From positions 1 to 64,000 of the forward strand of contig JAXLNO010000077.1 of assembly GCA_038087875.1 (NCBI GenBank): 64,000 bases of DNA, written 5' to 3'. The DNA comes from Malacoraja senta. Its lineage: Eukaryota. The first letter of the stretch is position 1, and each line of letters starts with the position of its first letter. Position numbers and translations under genes: made by a program. The notes beneath the pieces are model-generated. The model searched no databases. It was not told the origin of the DNA and saw only the letters and a list, made by a program, of their open reading frames with translations. Of this stretch, positions 1 to 11,974 are shown piece after piece.

Positions 1-87
1 ATTAGTGGCACATGTTGTTGTGTAAGCTTGAGAAGGATGTTAGCTGAGAGCAAGTTACAACAGATTACAGACTCTATATGCAAAGTT

Positions 88-857
88 TTTTTTTATTTTA
101 TTTTATTTTTTATTTTTTATTTTTTATTAGAAGTACGGTAAATTACAGTAATACACAACACTTATATCTTAATACATTTTTTATACCGCTTCATTTTTTT
201 GAGCTTTAAGAGAAAGATAGAAGTAAGAAAAGTAAAGAAAGTGCGCAAGAGTCGTGAAGTGCAAGAGAGTGTTGGGGAAAAGAAAGCCCCTTAGAAAAGA
301 AGTTAGAGAAGGAAGTAAAGTAAGAAAGTAGGCCCGAGAAAAGAAAGAAAAAGAAAGTAGGAACAATCGCAGAAAGGGGACTACCAACCAAGTCTGTTTT
401 TGTTGTTTTACCTCCCATTACCAGGTCCTGATACCATTTCTTTATTTATTTATTTATTAAATTACTATTGCACCTCATGCTTGTAATAGGTCCAGAAACG
501 TAGACCACGTCTTTTGGAATTGGTCTGCTTTACCTGCTAAGAGGAATCTCATCTCTTCCAGATGTAATGTTTCAAACATATTTGATGTCCACATTTTTAT
601 TGTTGGTGTGGGCGCATTTTTCCAGAATTTAAGTATGAGCTTTTTTCCCATTATTAGCCCGTAATTGAATAAATTCTTCTGATACACGTTTAATTCAGGG
701 ATACTTTCCGATATTCCAAAAATGATCCATTCTGGTTTTGGTACCAGTTTTATTTTAATTAATTTTGAAAAAATATCAAATATTTCATACCAGAATTTTT
801 GGATTTTTGTACAAAAAACAAAAGAATGCGCTATGGTAGCTTCTTGACATAGACATT
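88..857 (-). mobile_element. 5'-truncated L1-clade LINE (ORF2 C-terminus, 3'UTR, A-rich tail)
   Basis: ORF 475-912 has the L1 C-terminal motif C..C...ATIAHSFVFC..IQKFW. T-rich tail at 86-128. Direct repeat GATTACAGACTCTATATGYAAAGTT at 63-87 and 858-882 (24/25). Confidence 0.9.
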
Positions 858-3179
858 GATTACAGACTCTATATGTAAAGTTAACGTGCATCAGGGTAGG
901 CTTGGGAGACAATTTTCATTGCTAGAGAAAAATGCAAGAAACGAAGACACCCATGGTGCAGGTTCCATTAATACTACATAGATTTAAAGAGAGTCAGACC
1001 TTGGATTTCAATTTTACGCTTTTTCACGATATCCAGAGCCAATTAAATATGATTGAAGTGTATTTGGTGCTGCAATCTATAAAACACACTCACCAAATTG
1101 TTAACAGAAAGCTCTCACAAGTACCAATATGATGACCAGTAATCTGGTTTAAAGACGTAGATTGAGGACACAATGAAAACTCCCTGGTTCATATACCAAA
1201 ATAGCAATGTGGAATCTTTTGCATAAGAAGGAACTGCTAGTATCAGTTTGTACCAAAGATAGATACAAAATGCTGGAATAATTCAGCGTGACCCGCCAGC
1301 ATTTTGTGTCTATCTTTGGAATCTTTTGCATCTACTTGAGGGAGCAGAAATTGACTCATTTAACATCTCATCCATAACATGTCCCATTGTTCCGGCATAT
1401 CTCCCTATGTATTACATGAGGTGTTCACCTCAAACTTATGACTCAAAAGGGGCTGCTGCACTAAGCCCTATGTACTATATGGGTAGTTCACCGGGAACGT
1501 CTACTCTGATTCAGAGATGGGGGTCCTCTGCTGAACCACATCTAACAAATTAATTGTCTGCTCGACTTAAAAATGTAGTATGTTACATTTTAAAGAAAAT
1601 GGTGGAAATACTCAGCAGGTGATGCAGCATCTGAGGAGAAAGAAAGTCTCAATATTTCAGGTTGATGACTTTCCTGAAAAACTGATGAATTTCCCAATTA
1701 AAGTTCATTCGACCTCAAATGTTTACACAGTTTAATCCTTCCACAGATGTTGCCTGACCTCCTGAGGATCGCCAACATTTGTTTTTAATTCAGATTCCCC
1801 ATTTCTTCAATTTTTGATGGCTTTATGAACTACGAAGCAGTTCTGAGCTGACAGAAAGGCAATAAATAATGATTAAATAGTGGGATCTATAATCTCAAAG
1901 GATTCAAATACTTGAAGAAAACTCAATTCTCCTTATTACTCCAATATTCAGTGCCATAAATGATCTCACATCCTTGAACTCAACAGAGCCCATTTCAATA
2001 ATTAATAAAAATAATCAAACCTTTACCATGTGCATTATTAAGGTGATATGGCCTAATGATTACCACCATGATAATGGCTTCTGCTGCTAATAATAGACCT
2101 ACATTTTATATCAGGAATATAGAAGGTACTGTAACTGATTCATAACATTTCACATTATTCTTGATACTTTACACAGTTAATCAACATTGACAGCACATAC
2201 TTATGGTGCCTTGGGAACTCTTTCCCCACAATTTTGGTTCCTATTCTCTGCATTTTCCCCTCAAAAATTAAACTGGGAATTACAAAATATTGCTGCATCA
2301 GAGCTTCTGGCACATGCTTAAGGTTATGGGAAATATGAGAATGCCTATCAATGCTTCAATACATTTTTTTCCAAACGGAAAGAAAACTAAAATTTGCCTT
2401 TCACAAACTCATGACATCCCAAAACGTTCCACACCAATGTGTATGTTCTTTTGAAGTATAATCGTGGCTTTCAAGCATAAAACAATCGTCAATTTGAATA
2501 CATATCCATAAATTGTAACCTGATAACGAACTTGCTTTCTTTTGCTCCAATTTCACCCTTTAACACCCATCTCTTTTCACCAAGTTTCACTTAAATCGGG
2601 TCTCTTTGTGGCGTTGCCAAATTTTGTTCATTCATGCCTCTGGAAAACACTCGGGTAAATTCTAATATGTTAAAAGTGTTATTTAAAATGAAGATACTGC
2701 TCATGATCCCTTTCGTTTAAGTGCTGTTGATTTAGACACAAATATTGGCCAAAGCAATGTGAAATTCATTGCTCTCTAAATTATGCCTTGGAGTTTTAAA
2801 CGTGGCATTTGAGGTAAAATGCACATCTAATGGCATAATACTCCCTCAGTACTGCTTGAATCCCCAGAATGAAATTTGATGCTGTAATCCTCTGAATCAG
2901 ACTCAAAGCAGCCACCTTTTGGCTACCCGCACTGTATCTTGATGCAAGTAATAACAAAACAATATTTCACAGGTCAATAATAGATTTATATTGGATGGAT
3001 CTAATCCTCTGGGTTTCCATTTCAGAATGGATTATCTTAGGGTGGAAATTATTTAGTCATGAATCAGTTGGGCAGTTCAGAAAGTATTGATGAAACCACA
3101 ATTGCAAGTTTAACAAATTGTGATAGAGGTCTGCAGAAGAGCAGGAGATAGTCTTGCAATGCAGGTAAATAGGTAGCAG

Positions 3180-3309
3180 TGGATACAAGGAACCACAGAT
3201 GCTGATTTACAAAAGAAGAGTCAAAGTGCTGGAGTAACTCAGTCGGTCAGGCAGCATCTCTGGAGAACATGAATAGGTGATGTTTTGGGTCAGAACCTAT
3301 TCTTCAGGC
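3180..3309 (-). mobile_element. Solo Penelope-derived short element (degenerate hammerhead motif)
   Basis: Same GCTGGAGTAACTCAG...GCAGCATCTCTGGAG...CTTCAG arm as the PLE terminal repeats. Flanked by TAGGTAGCAG at 3170-3179 and 3310-3319. Confidence 0.75.
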
Positions 3310-3819
3310 TAGGTAGCAGCTGCAGTGAAATGATACATTTACAAATTAAGTGGAGGGACCTTGGAACACAACTCAGAAAAACAATGCAAATAAATAGTCA
3401 ACAGAATTTATGATTTTATACCCATACTATAAAGGTGAGAGCTGCATGACCTGAAAATACATTTGGAATATTGTACCTTCTGGAAACATCCCACTACAAA
3501 AATTTTAAAAAATTGAAAAGGAAGAAGTACTTTTCAAACCATCTTTAATATAGAAAAATGTCCGCTGTTCTTCATAGCAGGCTTATCAAACACAATTTTG
3601 ACACACAAAAGATACCAAGGCAACTACCTAAAAGCTTGGACAAAGAAATAAACCTTTCCTTAAAGATAAGAGAAGCAGAAAATATGATGATTCGAATTCA
3701 ACACCCTCGACAGATGAAGGCATAGTTGTCAACATCATGGAGCAATGAAAATTAGACATACTCAAAGGCCATAATTAGATTAATCCAAAGAAGTGAAGAT
3801 TGGAACAAGCTACAGAGAT

Positions 3820-4380
3820 AGAAGTTGCGAGACTTCTGGCTCATCAGGAGCAAGAATGAACAAATCATGATGCAATTCTCGAGGCGCGACAGAGTCCTTC
3901 ACAAGTGCTGTGGCTGCGGTACGTACTCAGAAAATCTGAAGGCTCAGCTGACAGCGGAACCAGTCCGAAGGCTCGTCGGATGGCAGAACTCCCCCGAAGG
4001 CTCAGCAGACCGCGCGGTAACCAGAGAGGGAGCCGCTGGAGACGTCGGAAGTGAAGAACAAGGGCCAGTAGGAGGGTGAACCGGGGTAATGCCCCCAGCA
4101 CCTTCAAGGTGGTCTGCAGGAGGCACCCACGGGCCACAAAGATTGCTGGGCGAGAAGAGGGACGCAGTTTGCGGGCCGATCCGATCGAAGGAGATGGAGG
4201 AAGGCCCTGCAGGATCCTGGGGCTTATTAGGATTGGGAACTGTTCCCGTAGACCAAGCATGTGAGCAGACCAGACTCTGGACTTCGGAAAAGGCGCCAAA
4301 GCATGGCGGCGCCTACATGTGTAAATATGCAAAAATAATTTCACTGTGCAATTAAAATAAAGCACCATTAAACCATTGAA
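3820..4380 (+). mobile_element. Putative non-autonomous retroelement (GC-rich body, LINE-like 3' end)
   Basis: CpG-rich segment in AT-rich DNA ending in TTTCACTGTG...AATAAAGCACCATTAAACCATTG. Its ORFs have no recognisable product. Boundaries approximate. Confidence 0.4.
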
Positions 4381-4400
4381 GTCAGCATATAGGTGACAAA

Positions 4401-5481
4401 GGTAGTCACAAACTGCTGGAGTAACTCAGCGAGACAGGCAGCATCTCTGGAGAGAAGGAATGGGTGATGTTTCGCGTCGAGACCCTTCTTCAGACTGATG
4501 TCAGGGGAGTGGGTGGGGCAGAGACAAAAATGTAGTCGGAGACAGTAAGACTGGTGGGAGAACTGGGAAGGGGGAGGGAATGGATAGAGAGGGAAAGCAA
4601 GTGCTATTTGAAGTTGGAGAAGTCAATTTTCATACCGCTGGGATGTAAGCTACCAAAGCTGTTCCTCCAATTTGCTCTGGGTCTCACTCTGACAATGGAG
4701 GCCCAGGACAGAAAGGTCAGATTGGGAATGGGAGGGGGGGTTTAAGGTGCTGAGCAACCGAGAGATCAGGTAGGTTAAGACGGACTGAGCGAAGGTGTTC
4801 AACGAAACGATCGCCGAGCCTACGCTTGGTCTCGCCAATGTACAGAAGTTGACACCTGGAACAGCAGATACAGTAGATGAGGTTGGAGGAGGTGCAAGTT
4901 AACCTCTGCCTCACCTGAAAAGATTGTCGGGATCCTTGGATGGAGTCGAGGGGGGGAGGTAAAGGGACAGGTGTTGCATCTCCTGCAGTTGCAGGGGAAA
5001 ATACCTGGGGTTGGGGTGGTCTGGGTGGGAAGGGACGGGTTGACCAGGGAGTTGCGGAGGGAACGGTCTCTGCGGAAAGCAGAAAGGGGTGGAGATGGGA
5101 AGATGTGGCCAGTAGTGGGATCCCGTTGGAGTTGGCGAAAGTGTTGGAGGATTATATGCTGTATAAATTGGAGGAACAGCACCTCATATTTCGTTTAGGT
5201 AGCTAACACCCCAGCGGTATGAACAATGACTTCTCTAACTTCAAATAGCCCTTGCTTTCCCTCTCTCTCCATCCCGTCCCCTTCCCAGTTCTCCCACCAT
5301 TCTTACTGTCTCCGACTACATTCTATCTTTGTCCCGCCCACTCCCCTGCCATCAGTCTGAAGAAGGGTCTCAACCCAAAACGTCACCCATTCCTTCTCTC
5401 CAGAGATGCTGCCTGTCCCGCTGAGTTACTCCAGCAGTTTGTGTCTACCTTCAATTTAAACCAGCATCTGCAATTCTTTCC
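4401..5481 (-). mobile_element. Penelope-like element remnant: GIY-YIG fragment between inverted terminal arms
   Basis: ORF 4717-4914 TCTSSNLIYCICCSRCQLLYIGETKRRLGDRFVEH is a PLE GIY-YIG motif, with an upstream C..RRCNTC motif. About 4401-4670 is the reverse complement of about 5168-5450. 13-bp TSD TATAGGTGACAAA at 4388-4400 and 5482-5494. Confidence 0.9.
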
Positions 5482-6269
5482 TATAGGTGACAAATGCAGT
5501 TTTGGCAGAATTCAAAATTTATAGAGAAACCATATCGTCCACATGACAACTGGAATAGTCATGAATTCATGAGCAGTTTTGAAGGGATGAGGACTGTCGA
5601 TAAGAAAAGTAATTCTTGTAATTAGCTAATCCTCTATTGGAACCTGCCGCGATATTTGTAGCTTTAACAAATAATTGTTTTCATTAAAATTGACAATTTA
5701 TTAACTCTTCTATGCAAGAGACTGTTTTAAGTGACTGTTGAGCAGTAGCTGGTAAAATAGCCAGGATTTGTTAAGTTTATACATAGTGAAAGGGGGTTAA
5801 AAGTGACAGGTGATATGTGCAATTTCTGATCCATCTAAATGAATTCATTCCCTGTCCAATCATCATAGTCATGTAATAACATGTCATACTCGTCATAATT
5901 CAAATCAGCTTACTCACTTAACACCACAGGTTTTTTGATTAGTGTTGAAATCCCAGATGAGCCACACTAATGCTAAGTAATTCTTATCAATCTCCTATTA
6001 TACCACAGACTGTGCAATTGAATACAGGGCCTCTGATGAGTCACATCAATGCTGACAAGCGCCTGCTAAAATCACAGGAGTCAGAATGCAGCCAGTGAAA
6101 GACCATTGTTTGGAGATGGTCTTGTTTACTATAAAAGAAGATGAAGCAACAAAGACCAAGCCTGACTTCTCCAAAGTTGCTTTAAAGGAGTGCTGATGTC
6201 AGGTAAATGGTGACATGAGATAAAGTAATCGCATATCTCCTCTGGCTTTGTCTTAAAATTTACATTGGA

Positions 6270-6475
6270 AGCAATTAAAAAGAGATTCATGAGGCAATTT
6301 CCTGGGATGATGGGGTTATCCCAGAGATAGATAGATTCTTGATTAGTACAGGTGTCAGAGTTATGGGGAGAAGGCAGGAGAATGGAATTAGGAGGGAGAG
6401 ATAGATCAGCCATGATTGAATGGCAGAGTAGACTTGATGGGCCGAATGGCCTAATTCTTCTATTCTTTATGACCT
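6270..6475 (+). mobile_element. Internally deleted CR1 3' fragment
   Basis: GGTTATGGGGAGAAGGCAGGAGAATGG...TCAGCCATGATTGAATGG...GGGCCGAATGGCCT, the CR1 3' end shared with many copies in the window. Confidence 0.75.
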
Positions 6476-6559
6476 TATCCTATCATGAGTGGCTAAAGAA
6501 ATTGGATGCATTCTTTACACATTCAGCCCCCTTCTCTGCCCATTCTATCCTCAAGACTG

Positions 6560-6985
6560 TGTAGAAGAACACAGTTCCAACTCCATCTTCAAATTAGCCA
6601 ATGACACCACCATTGGTGGACGAATTACAGATGACGATGAGTCAGAGTATAGGAGGGAGATTGATCGACTGACAAAATGGTGCCAGAACAACCACCTTGC
6701 TCTCAACGTCAGTAAAACCAAGGAACTGATTGTTGACTTTAGAAGGGGAAGGTCCAGAATTCACAAACCTGTCTTCATCGACAGGATGGTGGTGGAGAGG
6801 GTATAAAATTTGAGGAGGTTCAGTATGTCGACAAATACTCTCCTGAATTTCTACAAGTGTACAGTACAGAGCATATTGACTTGTTGCATCACAGCTGAAC
6901 CAGGCAACAAAATGCCCAGGAACAAAAAATATTGCAAAAAGTGGTGAACACTGCCCAGTCCATCACGGGATTGACCTCCCCTACT
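6560..6985 (+). mobile_element. Degenerate Rex1/Babar-like LINE RT fragment
   Basis: SNSIFKLANDTTIGGRITDDDESEYRREI..WCQNNHLALNVSKTKELIVDFRR matches the RT of the 7.6-10.3 kb element. Followed by a SINE 3' tail at about 6985-7088. Confidence 0.8.
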
Positions 6986-7571
6986 GTGTGTAGGATAGTG
7001 GTAGAGTGCGGGGATGGCTGTTCGGCGCGGACTCGGTGGGTCCTTGGGCATGTGTCTTCGTTGTAACTCTAAACTAAATTAAACTAAACAAGTAGATAAA
7101 AATAATGTTGGCTGTCTTATCTGCACTGTAAGATGGTAAAATGAAGCTAAAGCAACTCTTTCAAATGAACATAAAAATTTCCAAGGCAGTATTTTGAAGA
7201 CAAGAACACAAAATGTAGAAACAAATGTAGGCTATACAGCCTTGTTAAGGTCATGATCATTTATCTTTGAACTCAACTGCATTTTTTTTTTTCTTTTCCC
7301 CATAACTTTGAGTTCCTATGTCGTCCAAACATTTATAATCTCTGACTTGAGTACACTTAATGACCCAGATTCCAAAGGTTCCCCACTCTCTACCACTCTC
7401 CAAGAGAATAAACTTCTCCTTTACTGAAGTGATCAACTCTTCCCCTTTTCCCCCACCTCCCCAACACTGCGGCTATGCCCCCCAAGTTCTTGATTTCCCC
7501 CTCTAGCAGAATAACTCTCCCAGGATCCACCCCAACAAACACTTCAAATTGTATGTGTCATTTTTCTAAAC

Positions 7572-10350
7572 TCAAGTCAAGTGAGTTTATTGTCATGTGT
7601 CCCTGGTAGGACAATGAAATTCTTGCTTTGCTTGAGCACAACAGAACATAGTAGGCATTTACTACAAGGCATTCTACAAATATATACACAATGGTCAATA
7701 TACTGATAAAGTGCAAATAACAGTATTGGCTAGTAAATTTCAGTGTTATGTCCGAGCCAGGTTTAATAGCCTGATGGCTGTGGGGAAGTAGCTGTCCCTG
7801 AACCTGGTCGTTGCAGTCTTCAGGCTCCTGTACCTTCTACCTGAAGGTAGTAGGGAGATGAGTGTGTAGCCAGGATGGTGTGGGTCCTTGATGATGCTGC
7901 CAGCCTTTTTGAGGCAGATCCCCTCGATGGAAGGGAGGTTAGAGCCGATGATGGACTGGGCAGTGTTTACTACTTTTTGTAGTCTTTTCCTCTCCAGGGC
8001 ACTCAAGTTGCCGAACCAAGCCACGATGCAACCAGTCAGCATGCTCTCTACTGTGCACCTGTAGAAGTTAGAGAGAGTCCTCCTTGACAAACCGACTCTC
8101 CGTAATCTTCTCAGGAAGTAGAGGCGCTGATGTGCTTTCTTAATAATGGCATCATTGTTCTCGGACCAGGAAAGATCTTCAGAGATGTGCACGCCCAGGA
8201 ATTTGAAGCTCTTGACCCTTTCAACCATCGACCCGTTGATATAAATGGGACTGTGGGTCCCCATCCTACTCCTTCCAAAGTCCACAATCAGTTCCTTGGT
8301 TTTGCTGGTGTTGAGGGCCAGGTTGTTGTGCTGGCACCATATGGACAGTTGCTCGATCTCTCTTCTATACTCTGACTCATCCCCATCAGTGATACGTCCC
8401 ACAACAGTGGTGTCATCAGCGAACTTGATGATGGAGTTCGCACTATGTCCGGCTACGCAATCATGAGTATAGAGTGAGTACAGCAGGGGACTGAGCACGC
8501 AGCCTTGAGGTGCTCCCGTGCTAATTGTTATCGAGTCTGACACATTTCCACCAATACGAACAGACTGTGGTCTGAGAGTGAGGAAGTCGAGGATCCAATT
8601 GCAGAGGGATGCGCAGAGACCCAGTACTGCGAGTTTGGTAACCAGCTTGGAGGGGATGATTGTGTTAAATGCCGAGCTGTAATCGATGAATAACAGCCTG
8701 ACATATGAGTTTTTGCTGTCCAAGTGATCCAGAGCGGAGTGGAGGGCCAGCGAGATCGCATCCACCGTTGATCTGTTGTGGCGATAAGCGAACTGCAGTG
8801 GGTCCAGGTTTTTGTCGAGGTAGGAGTTGATCTGCGTCATGATCAACCTCTCAAAGCACTTCATCACCACAGGCGTTAGTGCCACAGGTCGATAGTCATT
8901 GAGGCACGTTACCTTACTCTTCTTGGGCACTGGTACAATTGATGCCCTTTTGAAGCAGGTGGGGACCTCAGACCTCAGAAGTGAGAGGTTGAAAATGTCT
9001 GTAAAAACTCCAGCCAGTTGGTCCGCACAGGTTTTTAGAACGCGACCAGGTATACCATCAGGTCCAGGCGCTTTTCGAGGGTTCACCCCTCTGAAGGATT
9101 TCCTGACGTCGGCCTCTGTGACTGAGACTGAAATACCATCACAGCGAATGGGGGCTCGGCAAGGCACATCGGTGTTCTCCCTATCAAAGCGTGCGTAAAA
9201 CGCATTGAGCTCATCAGGTAGTGATGTTTCGCCGACATTCGAGCTGCCTCCTGATTTCGCCTTGTAAGAGGTGATTGCATTCAGGCCCTGCCACAGCCGC
9301 CGAACATCAGTCTCTTCCTCCAGTTTGGAGCAGAAGTCCCTTTTGGCCTTTTTGATGGCCTTACCAAGGTCGTATCTGGACTCCTTGTAGGCCACTGTAT
9401 CATCAGACATGAATGCCCGGTGTCTGGACTTCAGAAGAGTGCGGATCTCAAAGTTCATCCAAGGTTTCTGATTGGGAAACGCTCGGAAGGTTTTGGTGGG
9501 GATGCAGTCCTCCACACACTTCTTAATGAAGTCTGTAACGACTGTGGCGTATTCGTTCAAGTCCGTTGCCGAGTCCTTGAACATTGCCCAGTCTACAGAC
9601 TCCAAACAGTCCTGGAGTTGTTCCTCTGCCCCCCCCCCCCCCGACCAGCTCTGTACTGTCCTCACCTCTGGGGGTGTGCTCTCTAATTGCTGCCTGTAGG
9701 CAGGAAGAAGCAGCACCGCGGTATGGTCGGATTTACCGAAGTGAGGGCGAGGGATAGAGCGATAGGCATTCTTGATGGTGGTGTAGCAGTGGTCGAGGGT
9801 GTTTGATCCTCTGGTGCACCAGGAGACATGTTGGTGGAAGTTAGGGAGTGATTTCTTTAGGTTTGCCTTATTGAAGTCCCCGGCTATGGTGGTAAACGCC
9901 TCGGGGTAAGACGTCTGGTGTTTGTTGACCACGGCGTGCAGCTCCCCCAGTGCCAGACGGACGTCTGCCTGGGGTGGGATGTAGATCGCGGTCAGGATGA
10001 TGGAGGTGAATTCCCTCGGAAGGTAGAAGGGACGACACTTCACCGCCAGATGTTCGAGGTGTGGAGAGCAGGAGTTGGACAGGACTGCCACGTCTGAGCA
10101 CCACGCAGAGTTGACCATGAGGCAGACGCCCCCTCCTCTCCCTTTCCCAGATGCCAGTGTACGGTCCATACGATGGATGGAGAAACCTTCAGGCTGGACC
10201 GCTGAATCTGGGGAGCTGGGGGTGAGCCATGTCTCTGTGAAACAGAACACAGAGCATTCCCTCAGCTCCCTTTGATAAAGCAGTCTTGCCCTTAAGTCCT
10301 CCACTTTATTTTCAAGGGACTGTACGTTGGCCAGTAGGATAGTAGGGAGA
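7572..10350 (-). mobile_element. Rex1/Babar-like LINE with uninterrupted endonuclease+RT ORF, 5'-truncated at the start of the endonuclease
   Basis: ORF 7746-10430: APE motifs (LLANVQSLENK, FTETWL, AGDFN, LDHCY, SDH) and RT motifs (PGPDG, YRPVAL, DYSSAFNTI, GAPQGCVLSP, FADD, KFLG). 3' end GACAATAAA plus a (CTTGA)n-type tail at 7572-7600. The first ~27 aa of the ORF are flanking DNA. Confidence 0.93.
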
Positions 10351-10464
10351 ACTGCATAACTATTCTGCTCACTTTTTCTTTGTAAAACAACCCACTCAAC
10401 CCAGGAATCACTCGAGGAACTCACCTGCACGTATTTTACCCTTAAATCATGAGATTCAAAACAA

Positions 10465-10655
10465 TCCTCAGTGCCCTGGCCGATATTTATCCCTCAGCCA
10501 GGTCAACTAAAATAAATTATTCGGTCTGTATAATTTAGCTGTTTATGAACAGCTGCCTTTCTGAACTTCCTACAATACAACAGTTCATTGCTAAGTTATT
10601 TCATTGGCTGTAAAAGCTTTCCAAGATCCTGAAAGATGTTCAAAATTCAAATCTT
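10465..10655 (+). mobile_element. Old Deu-domain-like SINE fragment
   Basis: CCTGGCCGATATTTATCCCTCA...TTCATTGGCTGTAAAAGCTTT resembles the DeuSINE core and tail as I recall them. Confidence 0.55.
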
Positions 10656-10854
10656 CCATCCTCTTTATCTGAAATTTCACTAAAATAAGTTCCTTTGGTT
10701 TCCATTTAACCTCTATCTTTAACCCCTCTGCCCCTTCACTGTCAAATTTGCGCACCCTTCTAATAGTGGATTTTTTAAAAAAAATCTCTAAATGAGGGTT
10801 ACATTACCATTCTCATGATCATTTCTTTTCTCCAATGAATCCCAACATTAGATT

Positions 10855-11008
10855 CGGCTCTTGGGACTAATGGAATCAAGGGATATGGGGAAAAACCAGG
10901 AACGGGGTACTGATTTCAGATGATCAGCCATGACCATATTGAATGGCGGTGCTGGCTCGAAGGGCCGAATGGCCTACTCCTGCACCTATTTTCTGTTTCT
11001 ATGTTTCT
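10855..11008 (+). mobile_element. CR1 3' end
   Basis: GGAATCAAGGGATATGGGG...GGCTCGAAGGGCCGAATGGCCTACTCCTGCACCTATTTTC followed by a (TATGTTTC)n tail. Confidence 0.85.
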
Positions 11009-11974
11009 AACAAAGCACAAATAACAGCCTTTTAAGAATTAATACTGAGCTTACAAATTTCCGATGACAGTTATGCTATTCCTATATATATGCCACAAGA
11101 CCCTTTTTTGCTGTTTCTTTACTTGTCCCATTTATCGCTCTCTTTTGCCTTTTCTCATTTAATCTTTTTTTGCATTCCACACAGCATTTTCTCCTCTGCT
11201 TCCCCTTCTTTTTCCATATTAAGTTTCAACTGATCTTTTTCCAATTCAGAACATGAACCTGATTCAATTTAATTCATAGATTCTGAGCATTTTCAGCATT
11301 TTTGTGCGTTTTTAAAATATGAACTTCCCGCTCTTGTAATCCGCAATTTTGAATTTTCAATTCCGTGATTTCTGCGAATCAAATAAACCTTTTGCCCTAA
11401 CAGAAATGCTCAGGAATTCCACTTCCAAATCTCTCTGGTCTTGAGCTCTTTTACTCCTTTAAAGGCCTCCCCTGACTGGTGTCCCAGATTCCTCCTGGCT
11501 GATATCTCTCAGAGAGATGTGCTTTGCTAAAGGCACAGATCTTACATTAAACCTGTTTCATTCAGCAAAGAATATACTCAAATCAAAACCTTTGTACAAA
11601 ACAATTGCCAGAAAGCTGTGTTGTTTTACTTGTCAACATCTGAAGCAAAAAAAGAATCAACCATACTCCATGTAACTGAACAGGTATGTACAATGAGATT
11701 GTATAGATATAAATAAGATTGGATATTACTTATTAATGTTGAGCACCAGAATTCAAAACAATTTATTGAAAATATTCTAAATGATTTGTTGGAATTGAAG
11801 ATTCAAAACCCAGCCTGAAAACAGCACGGCATTCCCAAATCTCGAAAATTCAGATGTTTGACAAATTCTTCAATGTGCAAAAAAGAGTCACGGAGAGTGT
11901 ATACTTTATTTTTTAAGACGTTCTAGTCTTTTTTCCAAGGTGCTAATCTGTAATTACACGTACTGTGCTGCAGT

